A stretch of DNA of 64,000 nucleotides from assembly GCA_948437895.1 (NCBI GenBank), contig CAOJKK010000002.1:8116-72115 (forward strand). The letters are read 5' to 3'. The translations under genes were made by a program, and so were the position numbers. The notes beneath the pieces were generated by a model. The model was given only the letters and a program-made list of their open reading frames with translations. It was not told the DNA's origin and made no database searches. Origin of the DNA: an uncultured Clostridium sp. (GTDB taxonomy: Bacteria; Bacillota; Clostridia; TANB77; CAG-508). Shown here one piece after another: positions 1 to 8,740 of the stretch (position 1 is its first letter; the number at the start of each line of letters is the position of its first letter).

Positions 1-1
1 A

Positions 2-298
2 AGAGTTCAAATAGCAAGAACTTTATCAGATATTAGAAGTATAAATATTTATGATGATACACTTTCTGCATTAGATTATGAAACAGAAGAGAAAGTATTA
101 AATTCAGTAATTGATGAAACACAAGAAGAAATATTAATTATAGTATCAAACAAAGTAAGCAGCATGAAAAATTTAGACAAGGTATATATGTTGATAGATG
201 GAAAAATTTATGCAGAAGGTACACATGAAGAATTATTAGAAAATAATGAGCTATACAGAGAAATGTATAATTATGAAAAAGAAGGTGATTTAATATGA
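2..298 (+). CDS. ABC transporter ATP-binding protein, C-terminal fragment (5' end outside window)
   Basis: Frame 2 reads RVQIARTL...IYDDTLSALD (Walker B region) to TGA at 296-298. It overlaps the next ABC gene by 4 nt. Confidence 0.8.
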   Translation, partial: RVQIARTLSDIRSINIYDDTLSALDYETEEKVLNSVIDETQEEILIIVSNKVSSMKNLDKVYMLIDGKIYAEGTHEELLENNELYREMYNYEKEGDLI

Positions 299-1938
299 AA
301 GAAATTATAAAAAAACATATTAAATCGTTCCTACTTGCTGCACTTTTAGTATTTATATGTAACTTATTAAGTGTTAGTCACCCATTTATTGTAAAAGAAG
401 CAGTAGATATTGATTTTAATTCAGAAAATATAAAACAAATATTAATACAATTGTTTTCAGCATATTTAGTTATTCATATTGTGCTTGCAATAATTAAAAA
501 TGTTAGAAATATATGTGTAAATAAACTAATGGCTAGTATTTTAAGTGATATTAGAGAAAAGCTATTTTGCAAAGTATTAAAATTTAAGATGAAAACATAT
601 AACAAGTATAATTCTTCAGAGATATATACTAGATTAACATCAGATGCAGATAATCTATTTCAATTATTTTTTGGAACTATTCAGATTCTAGTAAATAATG
701 TAATATACATAGCTTTAATGGTAGTTATGATGTTCTTTGCAGATATTAATCTAGCAGTAATAGGATGTATAACTGTAATAATAGTAGCATTTTCGTCACT
801 TAAGTTTACTAAGAAATTAAAACGCTTAGATGATGGAATATTGCAGAAAAGGGATGAAGAAAACAGAGAGTTTTCTGAAATGTATAATAAAAATAAACTT
901 ACGTATTTGTATAAAATGCAAAAAGATAATATTAAAACAACAAGCAAGCTATTAGATGAGGAATTGAAAGTAAGAAAAAAATACATATTTGTACATAATT
1001 TCGTGTATCCAGTAGCATTAATATTGGAAGCACTGGGAATATATGCAATACTATATTATGCTTTAAATATAAATACTAATATATCTTTAGGAAATATTTA
1101 TTTGGTGCTTTTCTATGTAAAAGAATGTAGAAGTCCATTGTCTCAAATGTTTGACCAATTAGAAGAGATGCAAACATGTTTAAACTCGTTAAGAAGAATT
1201 AATAGTATATTAAGAGAAAAAGATGATGAAGACATATATACAGGAGAAGATGCAAAAGATTTAAATGGTGATATAGAGTTTAAGAATGTATATATGAAAT
1301 ATGGAAGAGAACCTGTTCTAAAAGATATATCTTTTGTTATAAAGAAAGGTTCAAAAGTAACAATAGCAGGAAGAACAGGAGTCGGAAAGTCAACACTTAC
1401 AAATATATTTATGAGGCTATATGATATACAATCAGGACAAATACTTATGAATGGTTATGATATATCAAAAATATCAATTAAGTCACTTCGTGATAACATA
1501 TCATATATTTCTCAGAATCCATATATTTTTGAGGACACATTGAGAAATAATATAACACTTGGAGACAATAATATTTCAGATGAGCAAATCTTAGATATTG
1601 TAGAACATATTGGAGTAAAAGATATTTTTAGTAGATTTACAAATGGATTAGATGAAGTTATAAAAGACAAAAAACTATCTTATGGTGAATTACAAGTGAT
1701 TTCATTTATAAGAGCTATTGTACATAAATCAAATATATACATATTTGATGAACCAACATCAAATATTGATTTAAAAACAGAAAGATTAATACAAAACCTA
1801 ATAGATAAGATATCTGAAAATAGTACACTTATAATAGTTGCACATAGAAAATCAACATTAGAGAGTTCAAACAAGATTATTTATTTAAAAGATGGACAAG
1901 TGGATATGATCGTAAATAGAGAAGTAGAAACCATATAA
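295..1938 (+). CDS. ABC transporter permease/ATP-binding fusion (exporter half-transporter)
   Basis: 547 aa. N-terminal TM domain, Walker A GRTGVGKST, Walker B IYIFDEPTS. Likely heterodimer partner of the upstream fragment. Confidence 0.85.
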   Translation: MKEIIKKHIKSFLLAALLVFICNLLSVSHPFIVKEAVDIDFNSENIKQILIQLFSAYLVIHIVLAIIKNVRNICVNKLMASILSDIREKLFCKVLKFKMKTYNKYNSSEIYTRLTSDADNLFQLFFGTIQILVNNVIYIALMVVMMFFADINLAVIGCITVIIVAFSSLKFTKKLKRLDDGILQKRDEENREFSEMYNKNKLTYLYKMQKDNIKTTSKLLDEELKVRKKYIFVHNFVYPVALILEALGIYAILYYALNINTNISLGNIYLVLFYVKECRSPLSQMFDQLEEMQTCLNSLRRINSILREKDDEDIYTGEDAKDLNGDIEFKNVYMKYGREPVLKDISFVIKKGSKVTIAGRTGVGKSTLTNIFMRLYDIQSGQILMNGYDISKISIKSLRDNISYISQNPYIFEDTLRNNITLGDNNISDEQILDIVEHIGVKDIFSRFTNGLDEVIKDKKLSYGELQVISFIRAIVHKSNIYIFDEPTSNIDLKTERLIQNLIDKISENSTLIIVAHRKSTLESSNKIIYLKDGQVDMIVNREVETI

Positions 1939-1960
1939 TATAAAACGAGGAGAGATAAAT

Positions 1961-2986
1961 ATGTGGATTTTATACATTATAATAATTATATTATTGATAT
2001 TGTTATTAATATCAAAACTAGTTTTGAATATAGCGTTTGGAAAAAGATGTGAAGGAAACCAAAAACTAAAATATTTTACTTCAGATGATTTTGAAGGACT
2101 TGAAATATTAAGAACTATAGAAGTGAAATCTAATAAAGGACAAATTTTAAGAGGTAATATATACACAGATAAAAGTATGAAAGAATATAAAGGATTGATA
2201 GTATTTGTTCATGGAATGGGTGGAGGACATTTAAGCTATACTACAGAAATAAATACACTTGCAAGGGCAGGGTTTATGGTTGTTGGATATGATAATACTG
2301 GAACTTGCTTGTCAGAAGGAAAAAACCTAAGAGGATTTTTCCAATCAGTAATAGATTTAGACCATGTTTTGAATTTTATAGAAAAAAATGAAGAACTAAA
2401 TAAATATTCAATAGAATTAGTAGGGCATTCTTGGGGAGCATATACAGTATGTCAATCACTACAATTTAATCATAATATAAAGGCAGTAGTTGCAATATCA
2501 GGATTTAATAGTAGTGCTAAAGTTGTGTGTGATACTATGAAAAATGAAACAAATATAAATTTTAGTTTTTTAAAGCCATTTGTTACAACAATAAATTTCC
2601 TTACATTTGGAAAGAAAGCAACAAAAGATACAATTAACATTTTAAAACATACAAAAGTGCCAGCATTACTATTACATGGAGATGCAGATAAATCTGTTTA
2701 TATTGAAAACAGCTTGGTTAGTAATAAAGAGATATCAAAGAATAATAGTAATATAAAACAAATTGTTTATGAAGGAAGATGCCATAATATATATCAAACT
2801 AAAGAATCAGAGGAGTATTTAAACATTACTTTTGGAGGACTTTCTGAATTAAATAAGAAGTATAAAGGGAAACCACCAGAAGAAGAAATAAATAAGATAT
2901 ATGATAACATTGACTACAAACGAATGACTGAAGAGGATGAAGAAGTTATGAATATGATTATTAAATTTTTAGAAGAAGCAATATAA
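1961..2986 (+). CDS. membrane-anchored alpha/beta hydrolase
   Basis: N-terminal hydrophobic helix, nucleophile elbow GHSWGA, HGDADKSV near the C-terminus. Confidence 0.7.
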   Translation: MWILYIIIIILLILLLISKLVLNIAFGKRCEGNQKLKYFTSDDFEGLEILRTIEVKSNKGQILRGNIYTDKSMKEYKGLIVFVHGMGGGHLSYTTEINTLARAGFMVVGYDNTGTCLSEGKNLRGFFQSVIDLDHVLNFIEKNEELNKYSIELVGHSWGAYTVCQSLQFNHNIKAVVAISGFNSSAKVVCDTMKNETNINFSFLKPFVTTINFLTFGKKATKDTINILKHTKVPALLLHGDADKSVYIENSLVSNKEISKNNSNIKQIVYEGRCHNIYQTKESEEYLNITFGGLSELNKKYKGKPPEEEINKIYDNIDYKRMTEEDEEVMNMIIKFLEEAI

Positions 2987-2991
2987 ATGAA

Positions 2992-3027
2992 AAATCTATA
3001 GCTTTATGCAAAGCTATAGATTTTTTT
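2992..3027. terminator. bidirectional rho-independent terminator
   Basis: 14-bp perfect stem aaatctatagcttt / aaagctatagattt with loop atgc. A-run upstream and T-run downstream, between convergent genes. Confidence 0.8.
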
Positions 3028-3038
3028 ACATCACATAA

Positions 3039-3797
3039 TTATAATTGAATTAAATCATCCATAGCCCAAAAACCAGGAGTATCTTTTTCAAGCAAAAACT
3101 TCGCAGCCTTGAGAGCACCTTGGGCAAATAAGTCACGTGAGTAAGCAGTGTGCTTTATCTCAAGTGTGTCATATTCGCCAAAAAAGAAAACAGAATGCTC
3201 ACCGACAATATTGCCACCTCGTATAGAAGAAATACCAATTTCGTTAGAATTTCTTTTTTCTTCTCTGCCATAAACGATTTTCTTTTTATCGCTCAAAGAG
3301 TCATTTATAGCATTTGCAAGAAGCTTTGCTGTACCACTTGGAGCATCTTTTTTGCGATTGTGATGAGCTTCAGAAATCTCGATATCACAATTTGAAAGTT
3401 TTGAAGCAACCATCTGAACGATACTCTTCAAAAGCATAATGTCGAGCGACATGTTTGCTGATTGGAAAACTGGTGTCAAGTAAGAAGCTTCAAGAATTGC
3501 TTGACTCTGTCCAACGTTGAAACCTGTTGTTGCGATAACAATAGGAATGGTGTGGTGTTTTGCAAAATCCAGTAATGGTATTATACCTTCTGGTGCTGAG
3601 AAATCGATGATAATATCAGGAAGTTCTTCAGAATCGATATCATCGAGATTTGTACAAACACAATAGTTTGGCCATTCCCAAGCTGTTTTGTCGTATGCAT
3701 ATTGAACCTGAAAATTATCACTTTCATCAATCATCCGACAAAGTATTTGTCCCATATGGCCATTGCAACCTGAGACTAAGACTTTCTTTTTTGTCAT
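3039..3797 (-). CDS. dapB: 4-hydroxy-tetrahydrodipicolinate reductase
   Basis: MTKKKVLVSGCNGHMGQ (GxxGxxG), EAHHNRKKDAPSGTA motif. SD aaggagg lies 7 nt before the ATG at 3797, so the longer track ORF start at 3857 is rejected. In-frame CGG at codon 21. Confidence 0.9.
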   Translation of the reverse strand: MTKKKVLVSGCNGHMGQILCRMIDESDNFQVQYAYDKTAWEWPNYCVCTNLDDIDSEELPDIIIDFSAPEGIIPLLDFAKHHTIPIVIATTGFNVGQSQAILEASYLTPVFQSANMSLDIMLLKSIVQMVASKLSNCDIEISEAHHNRKKDAPSGTAKLLANAINDSLSDKKKIVYGREEKRNSNEIGISSIRGGNIVGEHSVFFFGEYDTLEIKHTAYSRDLFAQGALKAAKFLLEKDTPGFWAMDDLIQL

Positions 3798-3985
3798 TTT
3801 AAATGACCTCCTTAAAAATAATAGTGATGTTTTGCAGTAAAGATACCGCAAATTCAAAATAAAATTTGAACAGTAAAATTATATCAAATAATTATGTAAA
3901 TGTAAATATAATATTGAGTTAATCTAAATATAAAAGAAGCGAAATATATATTATCAGTTATTATAAAATAATAACCCAGATAAAG

Positions 3986-4014
3986 TTGAAGGATACATAA
4001 AAATATGATATAAT
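3986..4014 (+). promoter_or_regulatory. sigma-A type promoter
   Basis: ttgaag (3986-3991), 17-nt spacer, tataat (4009-4014), TG at -15. Confidence 0.55.
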
Positions 4015-4083
4015 GTTAACATAGTACTTTTGTACTAAATAATTCAAAAGCTAATCTTTTTAGATTAGTAGGAGGTTAAAACT

Positions 4084-4716
4084 ATGGAACAGCCATCTAG
4101 GCCAATAGCTATAGTTTTGAGTATAGTTACATTTGTAATTATACTATCAGGCAATGCAAATGCAGCACAAACTATAGCTACTGAAAATGTTGGAGTTACA
4201 AGAGAAATTATGGTCGAAGAGACTATAAAAACTATTGAAGAGCCAACAACCGAAATGACTGAAGCTACGACAGTAGCTACTACAGTCGAGGATACAGTGA
4301 AAGCTACTACTGTAGCAACCACAACGTCAACCACTGTAGAGACAACAACAGCTACTACTGTAGCGACCACAAAGGCTGAAACTGTTGAAGAAACAGTTGA
4401 TCAAAGCTGGGACGGACCGGTTCTAAATCGGATAAATGGTACTGTAAAAGGACCATCCGGTAAAGAAACATACTATAATCTCAATATGTCAAAAGTTGTT
4501 TCAATTATGAGAGGACTTGGCTATGAAGATTATGAGTATTGGGTTCGTGAAGACGGAGTAAAAATGTTTGGTCCATACGTTATGTGTGCAGCAAACCTAA
4601 AAATCCGTCCAAAGGGTAGTATTGTAGAAACTTCTTTAGGTACTGCAATTGTTTGTGATACTGGAAGTTTTGCAAAGACAAACCCCTATCAGTTAGACAT
4701 AGCTGTCAGCTGGTAA
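4084..4716 (+). CDS. secreted protein with Thr-rich linker and C-terminal 3D/DPBB-like domain
   Basis: Signal-like N-terminus (LSGNANA), T/V/E-rich low-complexity linker. The C-terminus GPSGKETYYNL...VCDTGSF...QLDIAVSW resembles 3D-domain wall-active proteins. In-frame CGG at 4429-4431. Confidence 0.55.
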   Translation: MEQPSRPIAIVLSIVTFVIILSGNANAAQTIATENVGVTREIMVEETIKTIEEPTTEMTEATTVATTVEDTVKATTVATTTSTTVETTTATTVATTKAETVEETVDQSWDGPVLNRINGTVKGPSGKETYYNLNMSKVVSIMRGLGYEDYEYWVREDGVKMFGPYVMCAANLKIRPKGSIVETSLGTAIVCDTGSFAKTNPYQLDIAVSW

Positions 4717-4729
4717 CCTCAAAAAAGTT

Positions 4730-4768
4730 AGAGCCTGTAAGGATTATTATCCGGGGCTCTTTCTTTTT
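4730..4768 (+). terminator. rho-independent terminator
   Basis: Stem agagcc / ggctct followed by ttcttttt. Confidence 0.6.
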
Positions 4769-4777
4769 AGCAAAATC

Positions 4778-4806
4778 TTGTAAAAGAAAGCCTTTTATGA
4801 TAATAT
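4778..4806 (+). promoter_or_regulatory. sigma-A type promoter for the isp operon
   Basis: ttgtaa, 17-nt spacer, taatat, with a TGn extension. Confidence 0.5.
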
Positions 4807-4846
4807 TTTTGTGTGGAATATTAAAGAAGAATAGGAGTAATTTAAT

Positions 4847-5311
4847 ATGAAAGTTGCAATAGGACAAGATAGTCATAGAATAGATTATGAGAATAAAGAA
4901 AAGAAATTCATCTTAGGAGGAATAGAATTTGAAGAAGATTATTCTTTAAATGGAAATAGTGATGCAGATGTCGTTTTACATGCAATAACTAATGCGATAT
5001 CAGGAATTACCTGCAAAAATATCTTAGGAAAAGTATCTGACGATATGTGCAAAAGTGGTATTAAAGATAGTGAAGAATACTTGAAAGAAGCGTTAAGGTA
5101 TTTAAATGAAAAGATTGTGCATCTATCAATATCAATAGAATGTAAAGTGCCTAAAATAAGCCCTAAAATAGAAGACATGAGAAAAAATATTGCAAGAATA
5201 TTGAATATATCAGAAAACTCTATAGGAATAACTGCTACTACAGGAGAAGGGCTAACTGAATGTGGAAAAGGAAATGGAGTAAGTGTAATTGTTTTGATTA
5301 CAGTGGAATAG
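4847..5311 (+). CDS. ispF: 2-C-methyl-D-erythritol 2,4-cyclodiphosphate synthase
   Basis: IGQDSHR...GNSDADVVLHAITNAISG, typical IspF metal and substrate motifs. 154 aa. Confidence 0.85.
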   Translation: MKVAIGQDSHRIDYENKEKKFILGGIEFEEDYSLNGNSDADVVLHAITNAISGITCKNILGKVSDDMCKSGIKDSEEYLKEALRYLNEKIVHLSISIECKVPKISPKIEDMRKNIARILNISENSIGITATTGEGLTECGKGNGVSVIVLITVE

Positions 5312-5319
5312 GAGCGTTT

Positions 5320-6180
5320 ATGAATCAAATATACATGAAAGCAAGAGCAAAAGTTAATTTAACACTAGAAGTATTAGATAAAAGAGAAGATAATTATCAT
5401 AATTTAAAATCAGTATTTCAAAAAGTAAGCTTATATGATGAAATATATATATACAAAACTGATAGTGATGATTTTGAATTAGAAACAAATATAGGTGAGA
5501 TAAACAACGAAGACAATATAATATATAAAGCATATATAAGGATTAAAGAGAAGTTTAATACGATTTCAGGAGTAAAAGTAGTGTTAAACAAAAAGATACC
5601 TATGCAAGCTGGAATGGCTGGAGGTAGTACAGATTGTGCCAGCTTTATATTAGGTATGAATAAATTGTTCAATTTAAATTTGAGTAAAAATGAAATTATA
5701 GATTTAGGAAAAAGTTTAGGAGCAGATGTAGTTCCATGTCTATATAACAAAGCAGTTCTTGCAGAAGGAATAGGAGATATTATTACTAAAATAAATACAG
5801 ATTTCAAATACTATATTTTAGTTATAAAGCCTAAGATTTCATGTAATACAGGAGAAATGTTTAGAAAACTAGATAGTAAAAAAAGAGAATTTAAGAGAGA
5901 TAATACTGATAATGTAATAAAAGCTTTGGAAAGTAATGATATTGAATTATTATCAAATAATCTATATAATACATTTGAAAGTGTTGTAGATGCTAAAAAT
6001 ATAAAAGATGAACTTCTGGATAATAAAGCAATAGGAGCACTACTTACAGGTTCGGGATCATGTGTTTTTGGGATATTTAAAGATAAGAAAAATGTAAAAA
6101 ATGCATATAACAACCTAAAAAATAAATATGAAACATATATATGTTTATCATATAATTCTTCAAGGGAGGAAATGGTATGA
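5320..6180 (+). CDS. ispE: 4-diphosphocytidyl-2-C-methyl-D-erythritol kinase
   Basis: KARAKVNLTLEVL start and GHMP kinase motif PMQAGMAGGSTD. ATG at 5320 chosen over the track start at 5260. Confidence 0.85.
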   Translation: MNQIYMKARAKVNLTLEVLDKREDNYHNLKSVFQKVSLYDEIYIYKTDSDDFELETNIGEINNEDNIIYKAYIRIKEKFNTISGVKVVLNKKIPMQAGMAGGSTDCASFILGMNKLFNLNLSKNEIIDLGKSLGADVVPCLYNKAVLAEGIGDIITKINTDFKYYILVIKPKISCNTGEMFRKLDSKKREFKRDNTDNVIKALESNDIELLSNNLYNTFESVVDAKNIKDELLDNKAIGALLTGSGSCVFGIFKDKKNVKNAYNNLKNKYETYICLSYNSSREEMV

Positions 6181-6857
6181 TATTAAATAAAACAGTAACA
6201 GGAGTAATACTAGTTGCAGGAAACAGTACAAGATTTGGACAAAATAGAAATAAAAACTTTGAGCTAATAAATGGAAAAAGTATATTATCATACAGCATAA
6301 GTGCTTTTAATAATAACAAATACATTGATAATATTATTATTGTTATAAAACAAGATGATAGAGAAAATGTTCAGAAAATAATAGATGAGCAAGAAATAAA
6401 TAAAAATATAGACATAGTAATAGGTGGAGCATCAAGACAAGAATCAGTATATAACGCAATAAAAACTACTATATCAGATATTGTAATAATTCATGATGGT
6501 GCAAGACCTGCAATAAAACAAGAATATATAAATAAATCTATTGAAGAAATGAGTAATTTTAAAGGTGCAACAATAGGAGTAAAATCTAAAGACACAATAA
6601 AAATTACAGATGATAATGGGATTGTAATAAATTCAACTAATAGAAGTAATACATATGTCATACAAACACCACAATGTTTTGATAGAGAAATATTATTAAG
6701 CCTACATGAAAAGTATAAAGATACAGAAGTTACAGATGATTGTATGTTACTTGAAAAAGGTGGATATGAAGTAAAGATAATAGAAGGAGACTATACAAAT
6801 ATAAAAGTTACGACATATAGTGATATGAATATTATAAAAGAATTTTTAAATTCTTAA
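6177..6857 (+). CDS. ispD: 2-C-methyl-D-erythritol 4-phosphate cytidylyltransferase
   Basis: VILVAGNSTRFG nucleotide-binding loop, VIIHDGARP. ATGA overlap with ispE. Confidence 0.85.
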   Translation: MILNKTVTGVILVAGNSTRFGQNRNKNFELINGKSILSYSISAFNNNKYIDNIIIVIKQDDRENVQKIIDEQEINKNIDIVIGGASRQESVYNAIKTTISDIVIIHDGARPAIKQEYINKSIEEMSNFKGATIGVKSKDTIKITDDNGIVINSTNRSNTYVIQTPQCFDREILLSLHEKYKDTEVTDDCMLLEKGGYEVKIIEGDYTNIKVTTYSDMNIIKEFLNS

Positions 6858-6869
6858 GGAGAGGATAAG

Positions 6870-8015
6870 ATGAAAAAGAAAGTAGCAATATTTGGCTCAA
6901 CAGGTTCTATTGGAACTAGTACTTTAAATGTAATTAGAAATAATAAAGAGATATTTGAGGTTGTAACTTTAGTTGCAGGAAATAATATAGAGAGATTAAT
7001 AGAGCAAATAAATGAATTTAATCCTAAACATGTGTATATTAAGTCAGAAGAAAATAGTAAGGTTTTAAAAGATAAATTTAAAGATTTAGATATATATTAT
7101 GGAATGCAGGGAATGAGAGATATATCAAAACTAACTGATTATGATATTTCAGTATCTGCACTTGTTGGAATTGCGGGATTAGAGCCTACATATAACATGA
7201 TAAAAAATGGTAAAACTGTAGCACTTGCAAATAAAGAAGTATTAGTTGCAGGTGGAGAGTTAATTATAAACACAGCAAAAGAAAATAATGCAACACTACT
7301 TACAGTAGACAGCGAGCACAGTGCAATAATGCAATGCTTAAATGGAGAAAATAATAATCCAATAGATAAAATACTTCTTACTGCTTCTGGAGGCCCATTT
7401 TTTGATAAAGAAATAACAGAAAATATAACTGTAGAAGAAGCCTTAAATCATCCAACATGGAGTATGGGTAAAAAAGTAACAATAGATTCAGCTACAATGA
7501 TGAATAAAGGATTTGAAGTAATCGAGGCAAAATGGCTATTTGATGTAGAGCCTGAAAAAATTCAAGTTGTTGTTCATAGAAAGAGTTTAGTACATTCAAT
7601 GGTGCAATTTGAAGATGGAACAATCATGGCAAATATTGGTCCAAAGTCAATGGAAATCCCAATTGCTTATGCATTAAACTATCCTAGTAGATTAAAAAAT
7701 AATTTAGAGAAATTAGATTTGTTTGATGTAAGAACTCTTGAGTTTGAAAAACCTGATTTAGAAAAATTCAAATGTCTAAAATTAGCTTTTGAAGCTATAA
7801 AAAAAGGACACAGCTATCAAGTAGTATTAAATGCTGCTGATGAAGTATTAGTAAATGCATTCTTAAAGGGAAGAATAAAATATACAGATATTCCAAATAT
7901 GATTGAAAAAATGCTAGATATGCATAAAGCAGAAAAATTAGATACAATAGATAAAATACTAGAATTAGATAAAAGAGCAAGAGAAGAAACTGAAAAATTA
8001 ATAACTAATATATAG
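6870..8015 (+). CDS. dxr: 1-deoxy-D-xylulose 5-phosphate reductoisomerase
   Basis: KKVAIFGSTGSIGTSTL, LANKE, DSEHSA, NHPTWSMG motifs. Confidence 0.92.
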   Translation: MKKKVAIFGSTGSIGTSTLNVIRNNKEIFEVVTLVAGNNIERLIEQINEFNPKHVYIKSEENSKVLKDKFKDLDIYYGMQGMRDISKLTDYDISVSALVGIAGLEPTYNMIKNGKTVALANKEVLVAGGELIINTAKENNATLLTVDSEHSAIMQCLNGENNNPIDKILLTASGGPFFDKEITENITVEEALNHPTWSMGKKVTIDSATMMNKGFEVIEAKWLFDVEPEKIQVVVHRKSLVHSMVQFEDGTIMANIGPKSMEIPIAYALNYPSRLKNNLEKLDLFDVRTLEFEKPDLEKFKCLKLAFEAIKKGHSYQVVLNAADEVLVNAFLKGRIKYTDIPNMIEKMLDMHKAEKLDTIDKILELDKRAREETEKLITNI

Positions 8016-8029
8016 GAGGTAGATATATA

Positions 8030-8399
8030 ATGGCAAGAATTTTAAAAAATAAAGAATTAGTAAATACAAGACTTGCAACTAATTATGGAGGATGGATGTA
8101 TTGCACAAATTGTAATAAGAATATAGGGTATTTATGCTATGTTACATATGATAGATTAAATTTAAAATATGAATGTAACTGTGGAAGTAAACGGGAGTGC
8201 ATTATTAGATTTTGAAGATAGTAAAGAAGGAAGTTTTTGTGATGAACAATTAATAACATTAAAAAATAGATTTTGCTGTCCAGAGGATGAGTCCCCTCTT
8301 ATAACTATGCTATCTAAAAATGTAAAAAATTATGAATTTGAAATTACATGTAAATCTTGCAATAAAATATATAAAAGAAAAGAGAATTTATTAAAATAG
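8030..8399 (+). CDS. small zinc-ribbon protein; needs +1 shift at C8192
   Basis: Track ORFs 8030-8215 and 8169-8399 join if C8192 is skipped (agt aaa C ggg agt). The joined protein has CxxC, CxC, CC and CxxC clusters. Confidence 0.5.
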
Positions 8400-8408
8400 G
8401 AGGAAAAC

Positions 8409-8723
8409 ATGGCAACTTCACAAGAGTTTATAAATTATGTATGTGATCAAATAAGTGGAATTGGAGATATTAGATATAAGAAAATGTTTGGCGAATTTAT
8501 GGTATATGTTAATGATAAACCAGTTATTATAGTTTGTGACAATACTGCATTTGTAAAGAAACTTGAATGTATACAAGAAGAAATGAAAGATGCAGAAGTT
8601 GGTTTTCCATATAAAGGTGCGAAAGAACATTATGTCTTAGATATTGACAATTCTGAATTTTGTAAATCAGTTGTAACAGAAGTCGAAAAGGTAACACCAC
8701 TGCCAAAACCAAGAAAAAAGTAA
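8409..8723 (+). CDS. TfoX N-terminal domain protein
   Basis: KKMFGEFMVYVNDKPVIIVCDNTAFVK matches the TfoX_N pattern. Confidence 0.6.
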   Translation: MATSQEFINYVCDQISGIGDIRYKKMFGEFMVYVNDKPVIIVCDNTAFVKKLECIQEEMKDAEVGFPYKGAKEHYVLDIDNSEFCKSVVTEVEKVTPLPKPRKK

Positions 8724-8740
8724 TATAAAAGAGGTGTAGT

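Noticed and set aside
681-986. Many antisense or alternative-frame ORFs in the supplied track (for example 681-986, 4939-5328, 10285-10794, 28791-29072, 41682-42236, 48242-48466, 59905-60336)
   Set aside because: They lie entirely inside well-supported genes on the other strand or in another frame. They lack SD sequences and have low-complexity, Ile/Leu/Ser/Phe-rich compositions typical of shadow ORFs in AT-rich DNA.
3798-3857. Longer N-terminal extensions offered by the ORF track (dapB 3857, ispE 5260, 13937, 26524, 36210, 62333 and others)
   Set aside because: In each case an internal ATG or TTG is preceded at 5-10 nt by a clear GGAGG-type SD and matches the family-typical N-terminus. The upstream extension has no SD.
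4065-4370. 101-aa minus-strand ORF rich in V/A/T opposite the secreted-protein gene
   Set aside because: It is the mirror image of the Thr-rich linker (ACN codons read as NGT Val/Ser on the other strand). The plus-strand gene has the promoter, SD, signal peptide and conserved C-terminal domain.
4250-4380. Tandem DNA repeat in the secreted-protein gene (gctactactgtagcRaccaca occurs twice)
   Set aside because: This is a low-complexity Thr/Val/Ala linker coding sequence, not a structured or mobile repeat.
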